The notes under the pieces: model-generated
What the model saw: only the letters and a program-made list of their open reading frames with translations
Database searches by the model: none
What the model was told of the DNA's origin: nothing
Assembly: GCA_037442925.1 (NCBI GenBank)
Contig: JBBIPG010000002.1
Coordinates: 5,176 to 69,175, forward strand
Length of the DNA stretch: 64,000 nt
Source: Candidatus Fraserbacteria bacterium
GTDB lineage: Bacteria > Bipolaricaulota > Bipolaricaulia > RBG-16-55-9
Direction: 5' to 3'
Part shown: positions 37,715 through 46,900 of the stretch, in pieces
How the letters are laid out: each line of letters opens with the position of its first letter
Position numbering within the stretch: position 1 is the stretch's first letter
Program-made: the position numbers and the translations under genes

Positions 37715-38880
37715 CGTTTCACCCCAATCCAAACGAGATCTTCTGGTTCATCGTGAGCCTGTGCATACTGAATGATCTCCTGAATCGTGGCAGGCGTGAT
37801 GTCACGCCCGCCCAGCCCTGCCACAAAGCCGAAGATGGGCACGCCCCGATGATTGTGCAAGGCTGACTTGATCTCTTGAGCGAAGATTCCCCCTGCACCG
37901 AAGCTGATGTTGCGATCGATCACGGCCACTTTGCGCGCACCCCGGAGCGCGTGACGGACGGCTTCGGACGGGAAGGGTCGGAAGAGTCGAATCTTCAAAA
38001 GTCCAACTCTTTGTCCCTGCTCCCGCAATTCATCGATCACGACGCGAGCTGTGCTGGTCACCGTGCTCGATGTGACAAGTACCAAATCAGCATCTTCTGT
38101 GTGATACGGCTCGATGAGTCCGTAGCGACGTCCGAAGAGTTCTCCGTACTCTTCGTCAGCGCGCTCCCACTCCGAGAGCGCTTGTTCCATTGATTGTTGC
38201 ATCTGGTAGCGCAGCTCCATGTAGGTTTCCGGAGGTGCCAAGCCACCGAAGGCATGGGGGTTGTTTACGTCAAGTCTGTAAAGAGGTCGAAATGGAGGCA
38301 GATAGCGATCCACAAGTTCCTGATCGGGAATCTCCACCGGTTCCGCCGTGTGCGAGAGCACGAACGCATCCAGCACCAACATCACGGGAAGAAGAACCTT
38401 TTCGGCTACTTTATAGGCACAGATCACGCTATCTAGGACTTCTTGATTGCTCTCACAGTAGAGCTGCATCCAGCCGGTGTCCCTTTGAGAGAGGCTGTCA
38501 TTCTGATCGGTCCAGACCGACCAGGGTGGTCCCATGGCGCGGTTGACATCGGCCATCACAATCGGCAAGCGGGCACCCGCTGCCCAGTGGAGCATCTCGT
38601 GCATCAACGCCAGACCGTGGGAACTGGTTGCCGTGAAAGCCCGTGCTCCTGCGGACGAAGCTCCAATCAGGGCTGCCATGGCTGAGTGCTCCGACTCCAC
38701 TTTGATGAATCTCGCGCTGAGAGTCCCATTGGCACAGAACTCGCTCAGCAATTCGACGATCTGGGTTTGAGGCGTGATAGGATAGGCGGAGATCACCTGC
38801 ACCCGGGAGAGCATGGCCCCATACGAGACGGCATGGTTGCCGGTGATCACTTTCTTCGTGCTGGTTGCGATAGCCTTCAT
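37711..38880 (-). CDS. Third OFOR, alpha subunit
   Basis: MKAIATSTKKVITGNHAVSYGAMLSRVQVISAYPITPQTQIVE. ATGA overlap with upstream gene. Confidence 0.82.
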   Translation of the reverse strand: MKAIATSTKKVITGNHAVSYGAMLSRVQVISAYPITPQTQIVELLSEFCANGTLSARFIKVESEHSAMAALIGASSAGARAFTATSSHGLALMHEMLHWAAGARLPIVMADVNRAMGPPWSVWTDQNDSLSQRDTGWMQLYCESNQEVLDSVICAYKVAEKVLLPVMLVLDAFVLSHTAEPVEIPDQELVDRYLPPFRPLYRLDVNNPHAFGGLAPPETYMELRYQMQQSMEQALSEWERADEEYGELFGRRYGLIEPYHTEDADLVLVTSSTVTSTARVVIDELREQGQRVGLLKIRLFRPFPSEAVRHALRGARKVAVIDRNISFGAGGIFAQEIKSALHNHRGVPIFGFVAGLGGRDITPATIQEIIQYAQAHDEPEDLVWIGVKR

Positions 38881-40562
38881 CGTTCCTCCTCGACTAAGGA
38901 GATCACACCCCGCGGGCACTCTTCGGCACAGATCCCACAGCCCTTGCAGAACTCAGCGTTGACTGCGTATGCGCTATCCACCCGCGAGATGGCCACATCT
39001 GGACAGAAGACGCGACAGTTATCGCAGAAGTTGCAGACCCCGCAGGAGAAACAGCGCTGGGCTTCTGCTATGGCCTGCTCTCGGGATATAGCTCCTTTGA
39101 CTTCCGAAAAGCTTGCTGTTCGGGTGGAGGGGACAAGATGCGGAGCATCGGCTCGTGGCGCGGGCGTGAAATAGTCAGGGTTGAGGTGTTCAAAAGCAAT
39201 CTCTTCGGTGAGGCTTCGCTTGTCTCTTCTCTTGGGAGGACGGACGTGCCCGTGTTGCAGGTAGAGTTGAATTGCCTTAGCTGCTTGTTTTCCCGATGCG
39301 ATGGCGTCGATGACGGTGCTCGGTCCGCTTTGAGCATCCCCACCGATGAAGATGCCTTCGCGTTCCAGAAGACCCTTGGGATTATGGATCACAAGCCCAG
39401 CACTCGTCTCCATGCTCTCTGAGAGGAATGGGAGTTCAGGCTCCTCGCCGACGGCTTTGAGTACACAGTCGGTCTCGATCACAAATTCGGAGTTCGGAAT
39501 GGGCACAGGATGCCGCCGCCCGCTCGCATCCGGGGCCCCCAGCTCCACGCGGATGCACTCGACTTCCAATGTGTTGCCCACTCGTCGGATCTGCCGGGGT
39601 GCCGCGAGAAAGATAAACTCAATTCCCTCTTGTTCTGCTTCCTCAATCTCTTCCGCAATGGCAGGCATCTCTGCTCGCGTGCGACGATAGACAACGGTGG
39701 GATGGGCACCCAGCCGAAGAGCGGTCCTGGCCGCATCCATGGCCGTGTTGCCGCCACCGATGACGATAACTCGCTTGCCAATCTCGATGTCGTGGTCTGC
39801 GTTCACCGACCTCAGAAACTCCAAGCCCGTCATGACTCCCGCGTTATCTTCGCCGGGGATCTTAAGCGGACGGCTGTGATGAGCGCCTGTGGCGATAAAC
39901 AGGGCATCAAAACTCTGCCAGAGCTCTTCCAGTTCGACATGCGAGCTGATCCGCGTCCCAGGCTGGAACTTTACTCCCAACGCGGCAATGTCTTCAATCT
40001 CCTTATCGAGAATATCGCGTGGCAAGCGATAGGATGGAATCGCAAGCCGTAGCATTCCACCCGGTTCCCTTGCCGCCTCCAGAACGGTGACGCCCACTCC
40101 TTGACGAGCGAGAAAATACGCACACGCAAGCCCAGCCGGCCCGCTGCCTACCACGGCCACTCGCTCGGATCTTGGCTCTCTCTGGTGAGTCTCAGGCCGT
40201 AGATCCAAACACGCGTCGGCAATGAACCGTTCCAGGGCCTGAATCGAAACGGCTCCATCAAAGTGCTCGCGATTGCAGGCAGCCTCGCACGGATGGTAAC
40301 AGACCCGGCCACAGATTCCCGGCAGTGGGTTCTCTGCTCGGATCAGTCTCCAAGCATCGATGAACTGGCCCTCAGCAGCGAGGGTCAGCACGCGAGGCCA
40401 GTCTGTGCCCGCGGGACAGCTTACGCGACACGGGGCGAGCTTCTCCAGATAGACAGGCTTCAAGTAGCGCCAGCCGCCGGTCTTGTTGAACCCCATATCG
40501 TTCAGGGAGATGGCCATCGGTGGCATCTCTCGCGCGCTCTGAAAGACAACTTGTTTGCTCAT
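38877..40562 (-). CDS. GltD-like NAD(P)H oxidoreductase fused to a C-terminal 2x[4Fe-4S] ferredoxin domain; occupies the delta-subunit position of the third OFOR
   Basis: GltD N-domain Cys motifs (CRVSCP...CGRVCYHPCEAAC). Rossmann VAVVGSGPAGLACAYFLA and second VIVIGGGNTAMDAA. C-terminal CFSCGVCNFCDNCRVFCP + CKGCGICAEECP. Confidence 0.78.
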   Translation of the reverse strand: MSKQVVFQSAREMPPMAISLNDMGFNKTGGWRYLKPVYLEKLAPCRVSCPAGTDWPRVLTLAAEGQFIDAWRLIRAENPLPGICGRVCYHPCEAACNREHFDGAVSIQALERFIADACLDLRPETHQREPRSERVAVVGSGPAGLACAYFLARQGVGVTVLEAAREPGGMLRLAIPSYRLPRDILDKEIEDIAALGVKFQPGTRISSHVELEELWQSFDALFIATGAHHSRPLKIPGEDNAGVMTGLEFLRSVNADHDIEIGKRVIVIGGGNTAMDAARTALRLGAHPTVVYRRTRAEMPAIAEEIEEAEQEGIEFIFLAAPRQIRRVGNTLEVECIRVELGAPDASGRRHPVPIPNSEFVIETDCVLKAVGEEPELPFLSESMETSAGLVIHNPKGLLEREGIFIGGDAQSGPSTVIDAIASGKQAAKAIQLYLQHGHVRPPKRRDKRSLTEEIAFEHLNPDYFTPAPRADAPHLVPSTRTASFSEVKGAISREQAIAEAQRCFSCGVCNFCDNCRVFCPDVAISRVDSAYAVNAEFCKGCGICAEECPRGVISLVEEER

Positions 40563-40567
40563 TGTCT

Positions 40568-41152
40568 CTACCTCCCTGCTGCCGCTCCTTCCCTGAGTGC
40601 GATCCGGACCTGGTTGTAGGCCGCGTGCGCCGCCGCGCTGTTCTCTTGAGGGCGAATCGGCACTCCTTCAGAGATGGCCTCGATCACAGCTTCCACACCC
40701 ACCAGCCCGGTGACGCGCGCAAACGCTCCTAGAATCGCTGTGTTCACGATGGGGTTGGTTCGCGATCCCAATCGGTGTTGCACCGCGATGGCACTGGCAT
40801 CGACGGTGGCAACTCGCCAGCCGCCCTGAATGAAAGCGGAGAACGACTCTGGCTCACGGTCACTGTTGATGAGAATCCAGCCTCCGGGCTTTAGTCCTGC
40901 CGTGACCTCCACGACGGGGAGAAGCGTGGGTTCTAGAACGATGACGTGGTCGGGTTGATAGATCTGACAGCGAAGCCGAATGGGAGCCGAATCGATGCGA
41001 AGAAAAGCCATCACAGGTGCGCCGCGCCGTTCCACGCCGAAGGCCGGAAATGCTTGGACGAACTGGCCCTCCTTAAATGAAGCCACTGCCAACAGTTCTG
41101 AAGCTACCACGGCTCCTTGGCCGCCACGCCCATGGAAGCGAATCTCAATCAT
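40568..41152 (-). CDS. Third OFOR, gamma subunit
   Basis: [24 protein letters not shown]. Start at internal ATG 41152 preferred over ORF-track 41251. Confidence 0.78.
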
Positions 41153-41198
41153 CCTGCACTCCCTTTCGGCCAATTGCGTTCGTTTCATCGTATCCGTG

Positions 41199-41237
41199 CC
41201 TAGCATGGAAAAACCATGATCTAGGCTAGCCCCATGG
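41199..41237. promoter_or_regulatory. Cluster of CTAG/CATGG inverted repeats (CCTAGCATGG-aaaaa-CCATGatCTAGG ... CCATGG) in the divergent promoter between OFOR3/hyp genes and the cooC-acs operon
   Basis: Seen directly in the 138-bp divergent intergenic region. Confidence 0.35.
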
Positions 41238-41290
41238 ATGATCTTCGTCATTTTACATCGCTATACGCAACACATACAATACAGACACGT

Positions 41291-42058
41291 ATGAAGATCG
41301 TTATATCTGGCAAGGGTGGTGTGGGCAAGACAACCGTGTGTGCACTCCTTGCCAAAGAGGCGGCGAGCAAGGGCTATCACGTGCTGGCTGTGGATGCTGA
41401 TCCCAGCCCCACGCTGGCAGCGACCTTGGGAGTCTGTCAGGAACCCACGCCGCTCATCGAGTTCCGCGATCTGATTGAGGAACGCTTAGGCTCACTCGAG
41501 GGGTTCCTCCGGCTCAACCCGAAAGTGGACGACATCCCGGAGCGGTTTGCCATGGAGAAGGACGGAGTCAAGATCCTCGTCATGGGATCGATTCAGCAGG
41601 GTGGAGAAGGATGTGCCTGCCCTCAGAACACGTTCCTAAAGAGCCTCCTACAGCATATAGCTTTCGAGCGGGAGGATTGGGTCTTCATGGATCTGGAGGC
41701 CGGTTTGGAGCCCTTAGGCCGGGCCACCGTGCGTGGCTTCGATGTGCTACTCGTGGTCGTAGAGCCAGATAGCCGCAGTCTCACCACGGCCGGCCGAATC
41801 CACAACTTGGCTCATGACCTGGGGCTAACACACATCTATGCCATAAACAACAAGATTCGGGAAGCGGCGGATGTAGCGTTCGTTGAAGATCGGCTGCCTC
41901 GAGGAGTCACCTTACTCGGTGCCCTGCCCTATAGCGAACCGATTCGCCGAGCTGGCCGTGATGGGTCACTCCATAAGGACCCACTGGTTCAACAAGAAAT
42001 CAGAAGAATCCTGGAGCAGCTGGAAGCTTCACACGGCATGGAGAGAGTTTCAGCCTAG
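41291..42058 (+). CDS. cooC: CooC-type (MinD/ArsA-family) Ni-insertion ATPase for CODH
   Basis: MKIVISGKGGVGKTTV deviant Walker A. 256 aa. Confidence 0.85.
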   Translation: MKIVISGKGGVGKTTVCALLAKEAASKGYHVLAVDADPSPTLAATLGVCQEPTPLIEFRDLIEERLGSLEGFLRLNPKVDDIPERFAMEKDGVKILVMGSIQQGGEGCACPQNTFLKSLLQHIAFEREDWVFMDLEAGLEPLGRATVRGFDVLLVVVEPDSRSLTTAGRIHNLAHDLGLTHIYAINNKIREAADVAFVEDRLPRGVTLLGALPYSEPIRRAGRDGSLHKDPLVQQEIRRILEQLEASHGMERVSA

Positions 42059-42076
42059 CCAAGAAAGGAACGGAAC

Positions 42077-42592
42077 ATGGAGCGACTCTTCTGTGACCCA
42101 CGAAAGTGCGTGGGCTGCCATTCGTGCGAACTGGCCTGCGCGCTGGAGCATACCCCCTCCAAAGATCTATTCCGGGCCGTCCTCACCGGGGAGTCGGGTC
42201 CGCCGCGTCGGCGCGTCCAGACGGTAGGGGACCGGCCCTATCGGGTAGCGATTGGTGGCGTTGTTCTCTCACTGGGCTGCCATCACTGCGATCCTGCCCC
42301 TTGTGTCGATGCGTGCATCGCTGGGGCGATGCATAAAGAAAACGGCGAGACGATCTGCGATCTGGACAAGTGCGTAGGTTGCTGGATGTGCGTGATGAGC
42401 TGCCCGTATGGGGCCATCACGCCTCACGTCAAAGCACTGAAGTGTGATCTCTGCCCCGATCGTCGAGACAAGACCGGGCGATCTCGCTACGCTTGCATCG
42501 AGGCCTGCCCTACGGAGGCCCTCTTTGCCGGGACGTTTGAAGCATTCGAGAAGACCCTATCTCAGCCAATTGTTCAGGGGGTGGCCCGATGA
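42077..42592 (+). CDS. cooF: CooF-like poly-ferredoxin (4 [4Fe-4S] motifs)
   Basis: CVGCHSCELAC, CHHCDPAPC, CVGCWMCVMSCP, CDLCPD...CIEACP. Confidence 0.85.
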   Translation: MERLFCDPRKCVGCHSCELACALEHTPSKDLFRAVLTGESGPPRRRVQTVGDRPYRVAIGGVVLSLGCHHCDPAPCVDACIAGAMHKENGETICDLDKCVGCWMCVMSCPYGAITPHVKALKCDLCPDRRDKTGRSRYACIEACPTEALFAGTFEAFEKTLSQPIVQGVAR

Positions 42593-43917
42593 GATACGTC
42601 ATCATCGGTGCTTCCGCGGCAGGAGTCAGTGCGGCAGAGACGCTGCGAAAGCATGAGCCCGCTGCTGAGATCGTCATGATCTCCGATGAACAACTCATAT
42701 ATTCCAAGCCGCTTCTCTCGTACTACTTGGCCGGGAAGCTAAAGGAAGAGCAACTGCTCTGGCGCGCGCCGGATTTCTTCGAGCGCAACCAGATTGAAGC
42801 GTTGCTGGGAGTCCGCGCCAGCGAATTAGCACCCCAGCAGAGCAAAGTTGTGCTCAAAGATGGCCGCGAGGTTTCGTACGATAGGCTTCTCTTGGCAAAC
42901 GGGGCTTCTCCGAGATTTGCGGCGCTCGAAGGCCGCGAGAAGGCCGGGCTTTTTGGTCTGCGCAAGCTCGAAGATGCGAGGAGCATTTTGGCGCTACTGG
43001 CACGATCCCGGCGGGCGGTCGTGCTCGGCGGGGGCTTAGTCGGTCTTAAGGTCGCGGCGGCTCTCAAAGAGCGGGGTGTTGAAGTGACTGTCTTGGTGGA
43101 TTCGCCTCATGTCCTCTCGCAAATGCTTGACGAGACCTCTGCGCGTATCTTCGAAACAGTGTTCGAGCAGAACGGTGTGCGCATCTTGTGCAAAGCTCGG
43201 CCAGTAGCGCTTACCGGAGGCGAGCGGGTTACCGGTGTCAAGCTAGCATCTGGCGAAGAATACCCGGCAGATCTGGTCGTTGCCGGTAAGGGCGTGGATG
43301 CTAACCTCGATCTGGCCAAAAGTGCTGGCATCGCCTGCGATTATGCGATCTTGGTGGATGAGTATTGCCGCACGAATGTCGAGAATATCTACGCAGCGGG
43401 TGACGTGGCGCAAACGCGCGATGTGCTTCGGGGTGAACCGTGGGTGAACGCGCTCTGGCCCTGTGCCGTCGAGCAAGGGCGCATCGCTGCTCTCAACATG
43501 TTAGGTCAGAAGACGGCGTATCGGGGTTCCATGCGCATGAACAGCGTCCAGTTCTTTGAGTTGCCTGTGATCTCAGCGGGATTGGCTGTCTTGACGCCGG
43601 GCCCGCTGGGAGGGCGATCCGGCGAGCATGACAAGACGATCGAGACGCGACCCGCTCCAGCAGTCTACCGCAAGATCTTCTTAAAAGACGACACCATCGT
43701 GGGGTTCGTCCTCATCGGCGGTGAGCGGGACCTGGAAGCCGCAGGACTGCTGCGCATCTTGATGGAGCGTCGCATGGGGGTCGCAGGAATGGAGGAGGAG
43801 TTACTGGAGATAGGACCGGACCTGGGGCGCTTATTGCCACGGATCGTGCAAGACCGTGAGCGATTCGTCGAGCGAGAATTTCAAGAACTCATCCAAACGG
43901 TGAAGGTGGGGGTGTGA
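42589..43917 (+). CDS. FAD/NAD(P)-dependent pyridine-nucleotide oxidoreductase (CODH-associated, CooF partner)
   Basis: YVIIGASAAGVSAAE FAD Rossmann, second VVLGGGLVGLKVAAAL NAD Rossmann. cooF-FNOR synteny known from CODH gene clusters. Confidence 0.78.
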   Translation: MRYVIIGASAAGVSAAETLRKHEPAAEIVMISDEQLIYSKPLLSYYLAGKLKEEQLLWRAPDFFERNQIEALLGVRASELAPQQSKVVLKDGREVSYDRLLLANGASPRFAALEGREKAGLFGLRKLEDARSILALLARSRRAVVLGGGLVGLKVAAALKERGVEVTVLVDSPHVLSQMLDETSARIFETVFEQNGVRILCKARPVALTGGERVTGVKLASGEEYPADLVVAGKGVDANLDLAKSAGIACDYAILVDEYCRTNVENIYAAGDVAQTRDVLRGEPWVNALWPCAVEQGRIAALNMLGQKTAYRGSMRMNSVQFFELPVISAGLAVLTPGPLGGRSGEHDKTIETRPAPAVYRKIFLKDDTIVGFVLIGGERDLEAAGLLRILMERRMGVAGMEEELLEIGPDLGRLLPRIVQDRERFVEREFQELIQTVKVGV

Positions 43918-43921
43918 CGAT

Positions 43922-46900
43922 ATGTCAAAAATCATCGCGTCGGCGGCCATCCGCGGTGCACAACACTACTTCTCGGAGGCGGAGACCCAACTCAAACAAG
44001 CCATAGCGACCTACAAACCGGAGAAGAAGATCGCCTTTCCCAACACGGCGTATCATTTGCCTCTCATTTTTGCACTCACAGGACTTAAGGTCGAGACTCT
44101 TAAAGACTGTGAAGAAGCATTGAACCATGCCCGCTCTTTGCTTCCGCCATTGCCGGCGGATTCCCTGTGGCTGCCGTATTTGGGTGATGCACTGGATGCG
44201 GGCATTGCCACACTGATCGCGGAAGAGATCATTGAAGCGCTCAAGTATCTCGACCCGAGCTACAAGCCGGATCCGCCGTGGCTGGGCTTCACGGACGACT
44301 CGATCCTGAGAACTCAGGGAATTAAGTTGGTAGATGGGAGGATGCCGGGCTTCGCGGCCTGCGTGGGGGCGCTTCCCACCAATGGAGACGCTGTGGAACT
44401 GATTCGAGCCCTGCAGGAGCGAAGCATTCTTGTCTTCATTGCAGGCAGCTCCAATGGGCGCTCGATGGCCGAGCAATTGAACGAGGAGGGCATCGAGTTG
44501 GGCTGGGACACCTACGTCGTCCCCTATGGCAAGGAGATGAGCGCTGCAGTCTATGCTCTCAATTTCGCCGCTCGTGCGGCCATGACCTTCGGCGGGATCA
44601 AACCCGGCAGCTTTGAAGCGGCAAGAAAAATCTTGCTCTACAACAAAGAGCGCGTCTTTGCGTTTGTGCTCGCACTGGGAGCTGACCCGAACGTCAATGG
44701 GAACGGCCAGCTGCTAACGGACGAGAAATATGCGACGGCTGCGGGTGCGATCAACTTTGGCTTTCCTGTCATTGCCGATGTGAACATTCCTCAGATCCTT
44801 CCCCGAGGCATCTGCACGTATGAGCACGTCGTCTCGGGAGTCTCGCTGGACAAGATCATCCAGAAGGCCGTCGAGGTGCGTGGCCTCAAACTCAAGCTGG
44901 CTCAGATTCCCATTCCGGTGCCCTACGGCGCAGGCTTCGAGGGCGAGCGCGTGCGCAAGGAGAATCTCTATGTCGAGTTCGGAGGCAAGTACAGCACAGC
45001 GTTTGAGCTCCTGCGAGCGCGACCGATGGATGAAGTGGAAGATGGGAAGATCGAACTCATCGGACCCGATTTGGATCAAGCCGAAGAAGGTGGGGCCATG
45101 CCCCTAGCCGTACTGGTCGATGTTGCTGGGCGCAACCTCAAGGCGGACTTTGAGCCCGTGCTGGAGAGAAGAATCCATCACTTCATCAGTTGCATCAATG
45201 GTGTGATGCACATCGGACAGCGAGACATCCCCTGGGTGCGCCTGAGCAAAGAAGCGTACGAGAAAGGCTTTCGCTTGAAGCATTACGGCGAAGTCCTCGT
45301 TGCCAAATTCAAAGACGACTTTGGTGCCATCGTCGACAAAGTGCAGGTGAAGCTCGTGACAGATCAGGCACAAGTCGATCAACTGCTGAAAGAAGCGCGA
45401 GAGATCTACCGACAACGCGACGAGCGCGTCATGGGTATGAAGGACGAAGACGTAGATACCTTCTACAGCTGCATCTTGTGTCAGAGCTACGCGCCCAATC
45501 ACGTCTGCATCGTGACGCCTCAACGCTTGGGCCTTTGTGGTGCGTATACCTGGCTCGACTGCGGCGCGTCCTACGAGATGGACCCGCACGGCCCCAACAA
45601 GCCGGTCACTAAGGGCATCTGTCTCGATCCTGTCTTAGGGGAGTGGCAAGGGGTCAACGAGTACGTGCGCGTTGCCTCCAACGGCAATCTCGAAAGGGTC
45701 TCGATGTACTCGATCATGCAGGACCCCCAAACGTCGTGCGTTGTTGGGGAGACCGAACTGATCATCGACGGCGTTCCCACACCCCTTGGGGAGTTCATCG
45801 AGCAGCACCGGGGGGGCGAGCGCTACAGAGATTCAGCGGCCTTGACGCTGCGCGAAGGCAAAGCCCGCCTGGAGCCGCTGGTAGCTCTGCAGCGCTTCGA
45901 TGCTCCTGAGGAACTGATTCGATTAGAAACGAAGTCCGGTGCTCAGCTGGTCTTGACGAAAGATCACGAGCTGGCAGTCGATCGGCCGGACGGCATGCGA
46001 TGGGTTCGCGCGGACCAAATCAAAGCGGGCGAGCGCCTGATCGCGCTCAAGCACTTGCGTCTGCCGGGACAGCTTCCCGCCGTGGTTGAGCTTTTGCCTA
46101 AGGACTTCCGATCTCGGAGGCAGCTGCCGAAGTCTTTAAGCCCTGAACTCTTCTATCTGCTGGGCTTGATCGCCAGTGACGGCTGCATCACACCGCGCGG
46201 CCGCTATGAGCGCATCATCCATTTCGTCAACACTGATGAAGAGCTTGTCCAGCAATTCACCGGGATTCATAAAGAGCTCTTCCCCGACTGCCATCTGGCG
46301 AGAAAGGTCAAATCGGCCAAGCCGACGACGCTGCGGGGACGCACGATCAAGCCTACTAGGCCCTGCTTCCAGCTTTCTAGCAACAATTCAGTGTTGGGTT
46401 TGCTGGCAGAGCGCTTGGGGCTTCGCGTCGGTAGTCAAGGGCACTGGGAGCTGGGACGGCTGGCGAGCTTACCGGAGGCTCACATCGCAGCCTTCTTGGC
46501 AGGGGTCTTCGACGGCGACGGCAGCGTCCGCTTACGTCAATATGCGGGAAAGTGGGACATTGCTGAGGGGTATGTGTGCATCGCCGACGAGCGGGCCGCG
46601 CGCCATCTGCAGCTCCTGTTGCGGCGGCTGGGCATTATAGGAAACCTCAACAAATCGGGATCGGTCTGGAAGATCGTGATGCACGGGGCGAATCTCCGAA
46701 AGTTCGCTGAGGTCATCCCGGCCAAGCACCCGGAGAAGCAGGCGGTCTTGGCGAGCGTTCGTCAGCTGCCGGGCAACGGCAGGCTCGACAAGACGCAAGA
46801 AGAAGTGCTGCCGTATTATGTGGGGCAGGCCTTGGCCCAGCTGCCCGCCTGCCACGAGGTTCTTAGCCCCAGCACGCTCTATTACTACCAGTCAGGCCGC

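Noticed and set aside
44714-45589. Minus-strand ORFs (121 and 161 aa) inside acsB
   Set aside because: Antisense to acsB; no motifs.
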